DNA of 47,508 nt from Candidatus Thorarchaeota archaeon (GCA_016839445.1 JAEOUG010000060.1:1-47508); one strand, 5' to 3'; shown: positions 37,033 to 47,192, counted from the first letter of the stretch. The notes: generated from the letters alone by a model not told the origin. A program made the numbers and translations.

Positions 37033-37107
37033 GCGCTTCTTGCCGAATGACATCGAACGATTTATACGACCACAAACGTCTGCGGCCACAGTCCAATAGA
37101 ATCGCCC

Positions 37108-38802
37108 GTGGTGAGCCTCTACTTGAGTTCCAAAAGGGATAGCACTAGGTTTGTCTTCATAACTGGTGGAGTACTCTCTGGCATTGGCAAGGGTGTCACC
37201 ACCGCCTCCATCGCCAAGCTCTTCCAATTCCGAGGATATTCTGTCAGGATAATCAAGATTGATCCTTACCTCAACATTGACCCGGGGACATTGAATCCTA
37301 TCGAACATGGTGAGGTCTTTGTGACAGACTCTCCTTGGGTCTTCAGACCAGTTGAGGGAGTCGAGTTCAGAATCTCGGAGATAGACTTGGACTTCGGTAC
37401 ATACGAGAGGTTCACGGGCCTTGAAGTACACCCCTCGCAGAACATTACTTCCGGGCAAATCTACATGTCTGTCATCCTTGAAGAGCGAAGAGGCGGATTC
37501 CTCGGAAGAACTGTGCAAATAATCCCGCATATCACTGACAGAATCAAACAGCGGATCTGGGAGGTTGTCGAAGAGAAATCGCCGCCTGACATCCTCTTGG
37601 TCGAGATTGGAGGCACTGTCGGCGATATCGAGGCCGCTCCCTTCCTTGAGGCTGTGCGCCAGCTGGCTCGTGAGGTCGGCCGTGAGAGAGTAGCAATGGT
37701 TCACGTAACCTTGGTGCCGTACATGAAGTCCGTCGGCGAGTTCAAGACGAAGCCAACGCAGCACAGCGTTCGTACAATACAGAGCTTGGGGTTGCAGCCT
37801 GACATCGTGATATGTCGCGCTGAGAAACGTCTTCCTGAATCGGCCAAGGAAAAGATTGCACTCTTCTGCAATGTACCATCCGAGCAAGTCATTTCGAATC
37901 CTGACATCTCCATCATCTACCAGCTCCCCCTCTTCTTCGAACACGAAGGCCTTGGAAGAATCTTGATGAAGCATTTTCATCTTGATGATCATGACCCTGA
38001 AATAGCTCAGTGGAAGGAGATTGTTGAATCTTTCAAGAACCCCACTGAGCACGTTGTCATAGCCATGCCTGGGAAGTATACAACCCTGGGTGACTCCTAC
38101 AAGAGCATAAACGAAGCTCTTGCACACGCAGCAGCCTGTTGCGGCGCGGAGGTTGAAGTCAAGTGGATTGAGACTGAAGAGAGAACAACAGAGGAGTGCC
38201 TCACTGAAGACCTGTCTGATGTCGATGGCGTTCTGCTGACTCCTGGATTCGGTGAACGCGGTGTTGAGGGCATGATCTGTGCGGCCATGGTGACTTTCCG
38301 CACCAAGATACCCTTCCTAGGTATCTGTTATGGAGCCCAGCTTGGGTCTGTCGCTTTTGCCAGGAAGGTGATGGGCTGGAAAGGGGCGCATACGACAGAG
38401 GTTGATCAGGACAGCCTCTACCCAGTAGTAGATCTGATGGACGACCAGAAACAGATGGAGGACAAGGGCGGCACCATGCGTTTGGGTGGTCATGAGGTCG
38501 TAATCGAGAAGGGAACCGTACTCCACAAGACCTATGGTGTCGACAAAGTACGGGAACGTTTTCGTCACAGGTACCATCTCATTGACCGTTACCTCAACAA
38601 GATGAGGGATAGCGGTCTCATAGTATCCGCCTTTGACTCGTCCCGACGGATAATCAATGCAGTGGAACTCAAGGATCATCCCTTCTGGGTCGGAGTTCAG
38701 TTCCATCCTGAGTTCAGGTCAAGGCCTGGTCAGCCCCACCCGCTTTACTTGGGCCTAATAAGGGCCGCAATCGAATACAAAAGAGTGAGAGGGAATGGCT
38801 AG
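37108..38802 (+). CDS. pyrG: CTP synthase
   Basis: FITGGVLSGIGKG, KIDPYLN.DPGT.NP.EHGEVFV, KTKPTQHSV, GICYG, RHRY, QFHPEF. Confidence 0.98.
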   Translation: MVSLYLSSKRDSTRFVFITGGVLSGIGKGVTTASIAKLFQFRGYSVRIIKIDPYLNIDPGTLNPIEHGEVFVTDSPWVFRPVEGVEFRISEIDLDFGTYERFTGLEVHPSQNITSGQIYMSVILEERRGGFLGRTVQIIPHITDRIKQRIWEVVEEKSPPDILLVEIGGTVGDIEAAPFLEAVRQLAREVGRERVAMVHVTLVPYMKSVGEFKTKPTQHSVRTIQSLGLQPDIVICRAEKRLPESAKEKIALFCNVPSEQVISNPDISIIYQLPLFFEHEGLGRILMKHFHLDDHDPEIAQWKEIVESFKNPTEHVVIAMPGKYTTLGDSYKSINEALAHAAACCGAEVEVKWIETEERTTEECLTEDLSDVDGVLLTPGFGERGVEGMICAAMVTFRTKIPFLGICYGAQLGSVAFARKVMGWKGAHTTEVDQDSLYPVVDLMDDQKQMEDKGGTMRLGGHEVVIEKGTVLHKTYGVDKVRERFRHRYHLIDRYLNKMRDSGLIVSAFDSSRRIINAVELKDHPFWVGVQFHPEFRSRPGQPHPLYLGLIRAAIEYKRVRGNG

Positions 38803-39965
38803 TGGACAGGGACCTCGACAGGATGCTCTCTCAGCTCGTGGAACAGATTGAGAGAATCGAGGTTACAAGGACTGAGTTCGGAGGAGTACTAAGAGAGATC
38901 AAGGGGTCTATAGACCTAGGGAAATTCCCAGGCATTGCTTCAGATATTCCTGAGAAGAGGTTCGTGAAGCCTATTGCGCCCGTGGACCTATCCGGACTTG
39001 GCATTGCAGGTGTAGACGGAGGCCTCACTCGAAAACGGTTCCGATCCATGGACCTCATACTGACCCGAGGCATAGCAGTAGTCTTCCATTTTGGCCCAAA
39101 GGAAGGGCCCACTGTGAAGTTCTTCCCCGAGCCCTTCCCAGAACCTGTCGTGAAGCCCATGCTTTTGACTCTCTCTGGTCTCGAACTGGAGCAACTGGCG
39201 TCCTTGGAGAGGACTGCGGCGGAGATACGTGTGGCCCTAGCTGTACTGGAAGAATTCGAGGCAGACCTCATTCTCATGGACGGGTCTCTCTTCTATCATC
39301 CCCGAGATCGCCCGCAGACGGGCTCACCAGCCTATGAGAGGTTTCAGGAGGTCCAAGCCCTCTACCGACAGTTGTACAACAAAGCAATCAGAAGCGGAGT
39401 TGCCCTCATTGGTGTCGTCAAGGACAGCCGGTCAACCAGAGTCACTCACATCATGGGAGATGTTCTCCCACACATCCTCAGGGATCCATCTATCTTCGAG
39501 AAGATGCAGGGAATCGACTATCGTTGGTTGTTGAAGAACTCCCGTGATTGTGACATCCTTGACACGTTTCTCGAAGAGGGAGAACGGTCCTTCGCGTTCC
39601 GGTATTCCTCAGAAATTCCAGCCAGTTCAAACTCACTAGATGACGAGATCAACAAGTGGGCTTCTTCAATCTGGGTTACGTATCTGAAGACTGCTTCAGA
39701 GGATCTACCTATCAGAATCGAGATGCTCCTGAACCCTGAAACCGGCCTTGAGCCCGAGAAACTCGACAGAGCGTTGGCTGCCATTCTTCCGCTTTCATGG
39801 CAGCATCCAGAGTACGGAATTCCATCTCCCATACTTGAGGCCGATACTCGTGCGAAAATCACTCTGAAAGAAACTCAGCTCATCGTAGACCGTCTGATGG
39901 CCCTATCTGGTCTTACCTACACAACTCTTGAGAAGAGACGTTCGAGAAACCCATTTGGAGGCTAG
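38802..39965 (+). CDS. nurA: DNA double-strand break repair nuclease NurA
   Basis: AGVDGG, E..V, LMDGSL, GVVKDS, YGIP.PILEAD.RAKI; lies upstream of herA. Confidence 0.9.
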   Translation: MDRDLDRMLSQLVEQIERIEVTRTEFGGVLREIKGSIDLGKFPGIASDIPEKRFVKPIAPVDLSGLGIAGVDGGLTRKRFRSMDLILTRGIAVVFHFGPKEGPTVKFFPEPFPEPVVKPMLLTLSGLELEQLASLERTAAEIRVALAVLEEFEADLILMDGSLFYHPRDRPQTGSPAYERFQEVQALYRQLYNKAIRSGVALIGVVKDSRSTRVTHIMGDVLPHILRDPSIFEKMQGIDYRWLLKNSRDCDILDTFLEEGERSFAFRYSSEIPASSNSLDDEINKWASSIWVTYLKTASEDLPIRIEMLLNPETGLEPEKLDRALAAILPLSWQHPEYGIPSPILEADTRAKITLKETQLIVDRLMALSGLTYTTLEKRRSRNPFGG

Positions 39966-39968
39966 AGA

Positions 39969-41483
39969 ATGAACGAATACCCGCAACCAAGTCGGCTAGG
40001 GACCGTAATCTGCACAGACTCGGGTCCGAATGTGATGGAGTTCTCCTTTGTCGTTGAGGGAGGACCAAATGACATCATCGCCAGAAGAGGCGAGTTCGTG
40101 TCCGTTGTCACAGAAAGCGGCATTGTGATTGCACGTATCCAAGACCTCACAAGGACTAATCGGTACTACCAGCACGCGGAAGCTGTTCGTGAATACCAAT
40201 CACGAGGGGAGCCACTCAGAGCCATATTCCCAACAGACAGATGGCAGTACACTGTGGCAAGCGCTCGGGTTCTGGGACTGTGGTCTGATGGTCATACAGT
40301 GAGACCGTACTTCGCAGTTTCACCAGGAGCGACGGTGAGAAGTGCCGATGAGGATACGCTGGGCAGATTCCTCAGACTTGACTCGCAAGATGGGCTTGAC
40401 CTCGGCACCGTGGCATACCAAAATCTCGCGTTTACGCCGTCCATTGATCGTCTGGTGTCCAAACACCTAGCCATCCTAGCCATGAGTGGTGCAGGGAAGT
40501 CATACTTCGTGTCCGTTCTCTTAGAAGAGATACTCAAGAGAACACCTAAGCAGGGGCGGCTGTCGGCTGTTGTTGTGGATGTCCACGGCGAGTATACATA
40601 CCTCAAGGATGCAGGACCCGAGAGTCTGGGAATGAAACCTAAGGACTTCGATGTCGAGGTAGTAAAGGGCTCACACTTTCAGATACCAGTTCAAGCTCTA
40701 TCTGCAGAGGGCATTGGTGCCCTGGTCGCAGATATGAGTTCCATCCAGATTCGAGACCTGCGTAGAGTCATAGCAAACGCCCGAACTCACCTCGAAGGAA
40801 GTTACAGCCTCGGTGAGCTAGCCACCTTGATTCGGGAGGATGAGACGATAAGCCGAAACACCCGGGAGGCGTTGACTAGTTGGCTTGTGAGTCTTGATGA
40901 AACAGGGCTCTTTGGAAAAGAGGGTGTACCGGATATCAAGCGTCTCATTCGTCCTGGTAGACTCACAATCATTGATCTGAGCGATTTTATCAGTCTCAAG
41001 AAGAAGCAAATCGTCGTTTCACACCTTGCCTCAGAGCTCCTCTATCTTAGAAGGCGAAACGAGATTCCGCCGTTTCTCTTTGTCCTAGAGGAGGCTCACC
41101 AGTTCTGCCCCGAGAGTAGGCATGAACTGGCCTTGCCAAAGGGCAGGATTGAGACCATTGCTCGTGAGGGCCGGAAGTTCTATGCACTACTGTGTCTGAT
41201 ATCTCAGAGACCTGTCAAACTCTCAACAACAGTCTTGAGTCAGTGTAGCAACCAAGCTATTCTTCGATGTACAAATCCCTACGATCTTGACCACATAGGG
41301 AAGTCAAGTGAAGGAATCGACAGGTCCTCCCTTGATGCCATTACCACACTTGAGATAGGTGAGGCGCTGTTTGTTGGAGAAACCGTGTCGGTCCCCACCT
41401 TCGTGAAGATTCGCCACAGACATCTGGAACCCACTGGGCTTCCTAGGAGTCTGTCTGAGGCCATAAAGCGTTCCGACAAGTGA
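39969..41483 (+). CDS. herA: DNA translocase HerA
   Basis: HAS-barrel N-terminus, KHLAILAMSGAGKS, DVHGEY, LEEAHQF, IAREGRKF, SQRP, LSQC. Confidence 0.93.
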   Translation: MNEYPQPSRLGTVICTDSGPNVMEFSFVVEGGPNDIIARRGEFVSVVTESGIVIARIQDLTRTNRYYQHAEAVREYQSRGEPLRAIFPTDRWQYTVASARVLGLWSDGHTVRPYFAVSPGATVRSADEDTLGRFLRLDSQDGLDLGTVAYQNLAFTPSIDRLVSKHLAILAMSGAGKSYFVSVLLEEILKRTPKQGRLSAVVVDVHGEYTYLKDAGPESLGMKPKDFDVEVVKGSHFQIPVQALSAEGIGALVADMSSIQIRDLRRVIANARTHLEGSYSLGELATLIREDETISRNTREALTSWLVSLDETGLFGKEGVPDIKRLIRPGRLTIIDLSDFISLKKKQIVVSHLASELLYLRRRNEIPPFLFVLEEAHQFCPESRHELALPKGRIETIAREGRKFYALLCLISQRPVKLSTTVLSQCSNQAILRCTNPYDLDHIGKSSEGIDRSSLDAITTLEIGEALFVGETVSVPTFVKIRHRHLEPTGLPRSLSEAIKRSDK

Positions 41484-41562
41484 GGTCTGCGCCAACAACT
41501 CTGATAAGACAAGATGAGCGTGTGAGGGCATCTGAGAAGAAATCCGTGATTGGTGTCACAAA

Positions 41563-42168
41563 TTGGATGATGAAGAAAGAAGGGCGATTCGCCTCCTAAT
41601 CGAGTCTATGCAGTCTGGTCTCGTGGAGTTGTTCGATCAACTGAGTGGGCTCCGTGAGCAACTTGAACTGATGCCTGAGATGGAGTCAGATTCCACCCCA
41701 CGCGTTGTTCCTCTCTTCTCGGATGTGAGTAGCAGGTCCAAGCCCTCTGTGGACGAGTCCACATCAGTGGATGAATCAGAAGCCGGGGTAGTTGTCGACG
41801 GACCAGAGCCCGAAGGCGAGGTTGAAGCTAGTACAGAAGAGCCAAGATTCGATGACTCCGCCCATTCTGATGCCGCATCATCCGCAAGCGCGAAGGTGAG
41901 TCGTGTCCTCGACCCAATCGCGGAGGAGCTGAAGACTGGAGAGGCTGGCGCCAACATTGTGCTTGAGTTCCTACAGACCGCCAGGGACTACCTCATTGAT
42001 GATGATTCACGCAAAGAAAAGGTTGCACGGGACATAGATATCGTCCTTCGATTCCTTAGGGCGCGCGGAGACCGCTCAATTCGACCCGACGAGCGTGAAA
42101 ATATCCTGAAAAGAATGGACCGCTGGAAAGCCCATCTAGTGGCCTATGCGGGCTCTCCAGTTGTCTAG
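41563..42168 (+). CDS. Hypothetical protein (helical N- and C-domains joined by an acidic disordered linker)
   Basis: 201-aa ORF with a TTG start and GGTG SD-like sequence; codon-like composition; no recognised family. Confidence 0.6.
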   Translation: MDDEERRAIRLLIESMQSGLVELFDQLSGLREQLELMPEMESDSTPRVVPLFSDVSSRSKPSVDESTSVDESEAGVVVDGPEPEGEVEASTEEPRFDDSAHSDAASSASAKVSRVLDPIAEELKTGEAGANIVLEFLQTARDYLIDDDSRKEKVARDIDIVLRFLRARGDRSIRPDERENILKRMDRWKAHLVAYAGSPVV

Positions 42169-42174
42169 AAGATC

Positions 42175-42456
42175 TCAATCCAGATCAATAACAATCTGCT
42201 TGACCTTAGTCTTTGAAATCTTCTTGAGGCCGTGCTGGCCTGGTTCATATCTGCACTCCAAGAGACCTGCCTCATAGAGTATTTTGATTTGGGCGCTGGC
42301 GTTTGCTTCCGTACCACCGAGGTGTCGGGCTACTCGCGTGACGTCCTTCTCACCCTGAAGAAGTAGCTTCAGTATCTTTAGACGAGTTCCTGAAGACAGT
42401 GCGCGTCCAATACGAAGTATTGTGTCATCGTTGTCAATGTGAAGTTTCTCGGACAG
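42175..42456 (-). CDS. ArsR-family HTH regulator with probable CTG start (absent from ORF track)
   Basis: (M)SEKLHIDNDDTILRIGRALSSGTRLKILKLLLQGEKDVTRVARHLGGTEANASAQIKILYEAGLLECRYEPGQHGLKKISKTKVKQIVIDLD*. It is preceded by GAGGTG-TGA-TAA-CTG. Confidence 0.85.
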   Translation of the reverse strand: MSEKLHIDNDDTILRIGRALSSGTRLKILKLLLQGEKDVTRVARHLGGTEANASAQIKILYEAGLLECRYEPGQHGLKKISKTKVKQIVIDLD

Positions 42457-42581
42457 TTATCACACCTCGAATCAATCTTGCGTGTTGCTCAAGTGGGCCT
42501 TTATTATACTTGTTGTTTGGGGAGTTTCCGGGGGCTGATGTTAGTACAAATAGGTTCTTAGCGTATCAGACGGGAGATTGA

Positions 42582-44624
42582 TTGAGTGCTCCTCTAATGG
42601 ATAGTGATGACGAGTTCATACTTGGCTTCGACATTCTACCATCACACAGCCCAAGTTCTAGAAGTGCGCCAAAGTATGCCTGTGTCATCATGCACAAGGG
42701 TGTGGAACTCAACGAGTACTCTGAAGTCACACGCGGAAACCTGCTGAGAATCATCAGAGAAATCAAGCCAAAGTGGGTGTGCACGGACAACATCTTTGAG
42801 GTCGTGTCAGACAGCAAGTCTCTGTTTCGATTTGCAGATCGTCTTCCTACAGATACGCGACTTGTTCAGGTCACTGGTGTTCCCCCTCATCAAGTACCCC
42901 TCAAGCGTCTTGCCAAGAGATACGGAATACCAACACGCGGAAAGCCAACACCGCTTGAAGCAGCCAGGATTGCAGCCCAACTGGTAAGCCGAGGCATTGG
43001 CCACTACGTGGAGTGCTTTGGAGAGCAGACGGAAATCAAAGTGACAAGAGGCAGGAAGCCCGGAAGAGGAGGACAGAGCGCTAACCGGTTCCGGAGAAGA
43101 GTCCACTCCCAAATCCAGCAGATGACACGTCACATAGAGTCCACACTAAGGGCCGCTGGTATCGACTTCGACGTGCATACAAGGGAGTCAGATTTCGGTT
43201 ACTCCAGTGCGAGACTTGTCACCAATGCGCCATTGCCTGCGATTCGGAATCTGATTGAGTCGAAGCGCAACGGGGACTTCAAGATTCTCATTGCGCCAGT
43301 CAGAAAGAGATTGGAGTTTCTCCCACTCGAACCAAAGGCCATTGCGGCCGACACTACGCCAAGGTACTTCATCCTTGGGCTAGATCCTGGGACAACGGCG
43401 GCCTACTGCCTCCTGGCCTTCAATGGCAAGATACGTGTCCTAAGAAGTAGAAAGGGACTAACACGAGCTGATGTCATCCGTGAAGTCTACGAAGAGGGCA
43501 TCCCAGTTCTGGTCGCTGCAGATGTTCCCAGTGCTCCCCACTTCGTGGAGAAGATTGCCCGAACTGTGAATGCACCAATCTTCACCCCCGAGAGACCTAT
43601 TCCTGTTGCGGACAAGAATGAAATCGCCAGAGAATATGCTGAAGACGTCAAGGTTCGGAATGCTCACGAAAGGGACTCGCTCACTGCCGCGGTCTACGCA
43701 TATAGAAGCATTCTCCCAAGACTACAGCAGATTGACAGAATGGTCCGAGAAGAAGAGCTAAGTGTCGACAGGAATCATCTGAAAGCACTTGTCATCAAGG
43801 GAACCCCAATCAACGAGGCCATTGCTTCTATTCAGGCTGAGAGTGTCGAGTTTTCAGAAGCAGTAACAGAGCCCGAAGAAGAGGTTCAGCCTTCCGAGCA
43901 ACTAACACAGGAGCGCTTTGACGGACTTCGGACTAGAATGGAGGATCTGGAGGACAAGAACGCAGTCCTTGAAGAGAAACTTGATGACTTGAAGAGAGTC
44001 AACGAATTCCTCAGGTTCAGAGAGAGCGAAGTGAGCGAGAGTCTAGAGATCATATCTCGCGAGAACTACTGGAAAATCAAGCGCGACCGGGAGGTTGCGA
44101 AGTCCAAGGAGGCGCTTCGGAAATCAGAACAGAGAGTGCTGCAGCTGAGGACTGAACTGGAGGCTCTGGGCAAACGCTTGGACCTTCTGAAGGGCGTGAA
44201 GCGTCTCGAGATGAAGGGCGACATGCTCGCAATCAAGGTCATTCCCCACTTCACAAGGGAGAGCATTGAGGAATACACCAAGAAGGTCGGTCTCAAGAGC
44301 GGGGATATCGTGCTGTTCGAGGACGCATCGGGGGGAGGACCTCATACTGCAGCCCTTCTGATTGAGAGAGAAATCCGTGCTGTTGTCGTCGATACGCCCT
44401 TGTCACATCTACCCCGAGAGGAGCTTGTACGGGCACTCATACCCATTGTGAACGCTGACGATGTTGAGCTAAGAAGAATAGACGAGTTCGCTTTCATCTC
44501 TCGAAAGAAGTTCGAAGCAAAGATGCAGACCTTTGTGCGTGAAGTCCGGGAGGAGGCACGGAAGAAGGGTGAAGAAGATCTCGTAGAACTAGTAGAGCGG
44601 TACCGCAGAGAAGGAAGGGCCTAG
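42582..44624 (+). CDS. DUF460/COG2433 protein (RNase H-like fold plus coiled coil)
   Basis: ILGFDI, DNIFE, LVQVTG, RGRKPGRGGQS.NRFRR, ILGLDPGTT, HERD.L.AA, and a long coiled coil. Confidence 0.88.
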   Translation: MSAPLMDSDDEFILGFDILPSHSPSSRSAPKYACVIMHKGVELNEYSEVTRGNLLRIIREIKPKWVCTDNIFEVVSDSKSLFRFADRLPTDTRLVQVTGVPPHQVPLKRLAKRYGIPTRGKPTPLEAARIAAQLVSRGIGHYVECFGEQTEIKVTRGRKPGRGGQSANRFRRRVHSQIQQMTRHIESTLRAAGIDFDVHTRESDFGYSSARLVTNAPLPAIRNLIESKRNGDFKILIAPVRKRLEFLPLEPKAIAADTTPRYFILGLDPGTTAAYCLLAFNGKIRVLRSRKGLTRADVIREVYEEGIPVLVAADVPSAPHFVEKIARTVNAPIFTPERPIPVADKNEIAREYAEDVKVRNAHERDSLTAAVYAYRSILPRLQQIDRMVREEELSVDRNHLKALVIKGTPINEAIASIQAESVEFSEAVTEPEEEVQPSEQLTQERFDGLRTRMEDLEDKNAVLEEKLDDLKRVNEFLRFRESEVSESLEIISRENYWKIKRDREVAKSKEALRKSEQRVLQLRTELEALGKRLDLLKGVKRLEMKGDMLAIKVIPHFTRESIEEYTKKVGLKSGDIVLFEDASGGGPHTAALLIEREIRAVVVDTPLSHLPREELVRALIPIVNADDVELRRIDEFAFISRKKFEAKMQTFVREVREEARKKGEEDLVELVERYRREGRA

Positions 44625-44628
44625 CGGT

Positions 44629-44856
44629 CTACTCGGGTATCTGAATCCAGAGTATGTTGTTGCCTCTGATTAGAATCTGACCATATTTCGCCCTTATCTG
44701 GTCACTCTCCATCTCTTCTGCATCTGCGAGCGTGAGGTTCATGTACATATCGCATCTCGTGAGATGCCCTCTGAATATCCTCTGGTCTTTGAGCTTGACC
44801 GAAACGACCTCGTTGATTTGCAGTTCCAGCGCTTTGATGGGCATTCTCTCGGACAT
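44629..44856 (-). CDS. Sm-like (Lsm/SmAP) RNA-binding protein
   Basis: P...L....N..V.VKLK..R.FRG.L...DMYMNL.L.DAEE (Sm1) and G.ILIRGNNI (Sm2). Confidence 0.93.
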   Translation of the reverse strand: MSERMPIKALELQINEVVSVKLKDQRIFRGHLTRCDMYMNLTLADAEEMESDQIRAKYGQILIRGNNILWIQIPE

Positions 44857-44996
44857 GCTTGGCACCACTCAAGAGAGGCCAAGTGGGAGCATTATAAAGC
44901 CTTTGATGCAAGGCTGGATGCATCAGATTCAAGGCGCATGATTCAACAGCGCTTTAACCGAAAGCACCTGCAGCAGAGGTCGATGGGGCCGCTAGT

Positions 44997-45986
44997 ATGA
45001 CAACAATCTGTCTGGGTATCGAAGGGACAGCACACTCATTCGGAGCTGGTATTGTCACAGAGGACGGAGAGGTTCTGTCCAACGTCTGGGACATGCTGAG
45101 CCCTGCTGAGGGAGGCATCCACCCCAGAGAGGCCAGTCGCCACCACGCAGATCTCGGCCCAGAAATCATCAAGACGGCAATGGAGTCAGCGGGTATCGAA
45201 TTCAGGGACATTGACATTGTCGCATTCTCCAGAGGTCCTGGCCTCGGACCCTGTCTTCGTACTACGGCCACTATCGCCCGGGTTCTCTCTCTGAAACTTG
45301 GAGTGCCTCTTGTCGGGGTCAACCATTGCGTGGCACACATAGAGATTGGTTGCCTGGAGTCTGGATTCGTCGATCCAGTCACTGTCTATGTATCCGGCGG
45401 GAACACGCAGGTAATCGCGTTTGCTGGCGGACGCTTCCGTACTTTCGGAGAGACTCTGGACATCGCTGTAGGAAACATGCTCGATGTTCTTGGCAGGTCG
45501 CTAGGAATGGGCTTTCCGGCAGGCCCAGCCATTGAACGTGAAGCCTTGAAGGGTACCCGGTATCTGCCGCTACCGTATTCAGTCAAGGGAATGGATCTCA
45601 GCTACTCCGGGATCCTGACATCGGCACGGAGGCTATATGACGAAGGGAACTCGGTGCAAGACATTAGTTTCAGTGTACAGGAAACCGCATTTGGGATGCT
45701 CGGAGAAATCGCGGAGCGCGCGCTTGCACACACAAAGAAGAAGGAGCTTCTCCTGACCGGAGGTGTTGCCAGAAATAACCGGCTTGCAGAGCTCTTGGAG
45801 GGTGTTTCAGAAAGACATGGAGTCGTATTCCATCGTGTTTCTCCCCCTCTGGCCGGCGACCAAGGGGCGATGATTGCCTGGAATGGAATCCTGTCACATA
45901 GGTCCGGTAATCACCTAGAAGTCCGTGACTCGCATGTCCTTCCTAGATGGCGAACTGATGAGCAAGACATCGACTGGAGGTCCTGA
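44997..45986 (+). CDS. kae1: KEOPS t6A synthase Kae1
   Basis: LGIEGTAHS, GGIHPREA..HH, GPGLGPCL, VNHCVAHIE, VSGGNTQ, GETLDIAVGN, GDQGAMIA. Confidence 0.97.
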   Translation: MTTICLGIEGTAHSFGAGIVTEDGEVLSNVWDMLSPAEGGIHPREASRHHADLGPEIIKTAMESAGIEFRDIDIVAFSRGPGLGPCLRTTATIARVLSLKLGVPLVGVNHCVAHIEIGCLESGFVDPVTVYVSGGNTQVIAFAGGRFRTFGETLDIAVGNMLDVLGRSLGMGFPAGPAIEREALKGTRYLPLPYSVKGMDLSYSGILTSARRLYDEGNSVQDISFSVQETAFGMLGEIAERALAHTKKKELLLTGGVARNNRLAELLEGVSERHGVVFHRVSPPLAGDQGAMIAWNGILSHRSGNHLEVRDSHVLPRWRTDEQDIDWRS

Positions 45987-45988
45987 AG

Positions 45989-46612
45989 ATGGACATCATA
46001 GCAGTTGGCGCAGAATCGACCCTCTACAGATTGGAGCACTGGGGTCGTATCTTTGCTGTGAAGTGGCGGAGAGAGAAACCTTACCTCCTACCGAATATCG
46101 ATGCGTCATTGAGGCGGGCACGAACGACCAGAGAGTGCAAGATGTTGACAATGGTTCGTTCTCTTGGCATACGTACTCCTGCGATATACTCTCTTGACCT
46201 CAATGAATGCTCCATCACGATGGATTTCATCAAGGGCATTCAGCTGAAGCAGTCAATTCAGAGTGGTTCACTTCAAGATTCCAAGAGATTCTGTACAGAG
46301 TTCGGAGACATCCTCGCTCAGCTCCATCAGGCTGGAATCGTGCACGGGGATCCTACAACCAGCAATCTGATTCTCGATGAGCAGGGCCGACTATGGTTTG
46401 TAGACTTCGGCCTTTCGGAAACCAATGCCACTGTAGAGATGAAGGGTGTAGATGTGCATCTTGTCCGCCGGGCCCTAGAAACAACCCACTGGGACGTGCA
46501 GGATGTGCTCCTGCAATCCTTTCTAGAAGGATACAGCTCTAGAGCTGGCAATGAAGCCGAACAGACATTCGCAAGGATGGATGAAATCCGGGAGAGGGGA
46601 CGCTACCACTAG
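45989..46612 (+). CDS. bud32: KEOPS kinase/ATPase Bud32
   Basis: GAES, K.R..K.Y, RT..E, HGDPTTSN, DFGL, VD..L, IRERGRY. Confidence 0.95.
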   Translation: MDIIAVGAESTLYRLEHWGRIFAVKWRREKPYLLPNIDASLRRARTTRECKMLTMVRSLGIRTPAIYSLDLNECSITMDFIKGIQLKQSIQSGSLQDSKRFCTEFGDILAQLHQAGIVHGDPTTSNLILDEQGRLWFVDFGLSETNATVEMKGVDVHLVRRALETTHWDVQDVLLQSFLEGYSSRAGNEAEQTFARMDEIRERGRYH

Positions 46613-46681
46613 ACACCAACACCTTCTGGACGAAGAGGGCGTTCTCCACAAGGCAATCTTTATATCCGAAGGCTCAGGGCG

Positions 46682-46718
46682 TGGGTCTGACCCGTCTTTT
46701 GGGAACATATCGGACCCA
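46682..46718 (+). promoter_or_regulatory. Hairpin in the rps15 5' leader (candidate r-leader)
   Basis: TGGGTCTGA...TCGGACCCA stem enclosing CCC-N7-GGG. It lies between a TTTATA box (about 46659) and the GAGGT SD. Confidence 0.4.
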
Positions 46719-46730
46719 GAGGTCTTCCCG

Positions 46731-47192
46731 ATGGCAAGAATGCATACAAGGCGCAAGGGCCAGTCTGGAAGCAAGCGTCCCTCGACGCTGCGCGTGCCAG
46801 AGTGGATAGATAAGGAAAAGAACGCTAAGTGGGTAGAAGAGAAGGTAATCGAGCTTGCCAAGGCGGGAAACACTCCATCAATGATTGGCATGGTTCTGCG
46901 TGACCAATACGGTGTTCCCCTTGTAAGAACCGTGAGCGGTAAGAGAGTCATGGGTATCCTACGCGAGAACGAGCTTGAGCGGAGAGTTCCAGAGGACCTT
47001 CGCAACATGATTGCTAAGGCTACGACAATCCGCCGACATCTTGAAGACAACAAGAAAGACTTCGTGTCGAAGAGAGGACTCCAGCTCGTAGAGAGCAAGA
47101 TCCACAGGCTCTCCAAATACTACAGGAAGAAGAAGGTTCTTCCATCCGACTGGAAGTACAGTCCGGACCAGGCTGCAGTCCTTTTGAGATAG
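46731..47192 (+). CDS. rps15: 30S ribosomal protein S15 (uS15/S13e)
   Basis: MARMHTRRKGQSGS.RP, IG..LRDQYG.P, PEDL, HL..N.KD, ESKIHRL..YY, LP.DWKY. Confidence 0.97.
   Translation: MARMHTRRKGQSGSKRPSTLRVPEWIDKEKNAKWVEEKVIELAKAGNTPSMIGMVLRDQYGVPLVRTVSGKRVMGILRENELERRVPEDLRNMIAKATTIRRHLEDNKKDFVSKRGLQLVESKIHRLSKYYRKKKVLPSDWKYSPDQAAVLLR

Noticed and set aside
37027-38127. 366-aa minus-strand ORF
   Set aside because: It is the antisense shadow of the highly conserved pyrG and has no independent motifs.
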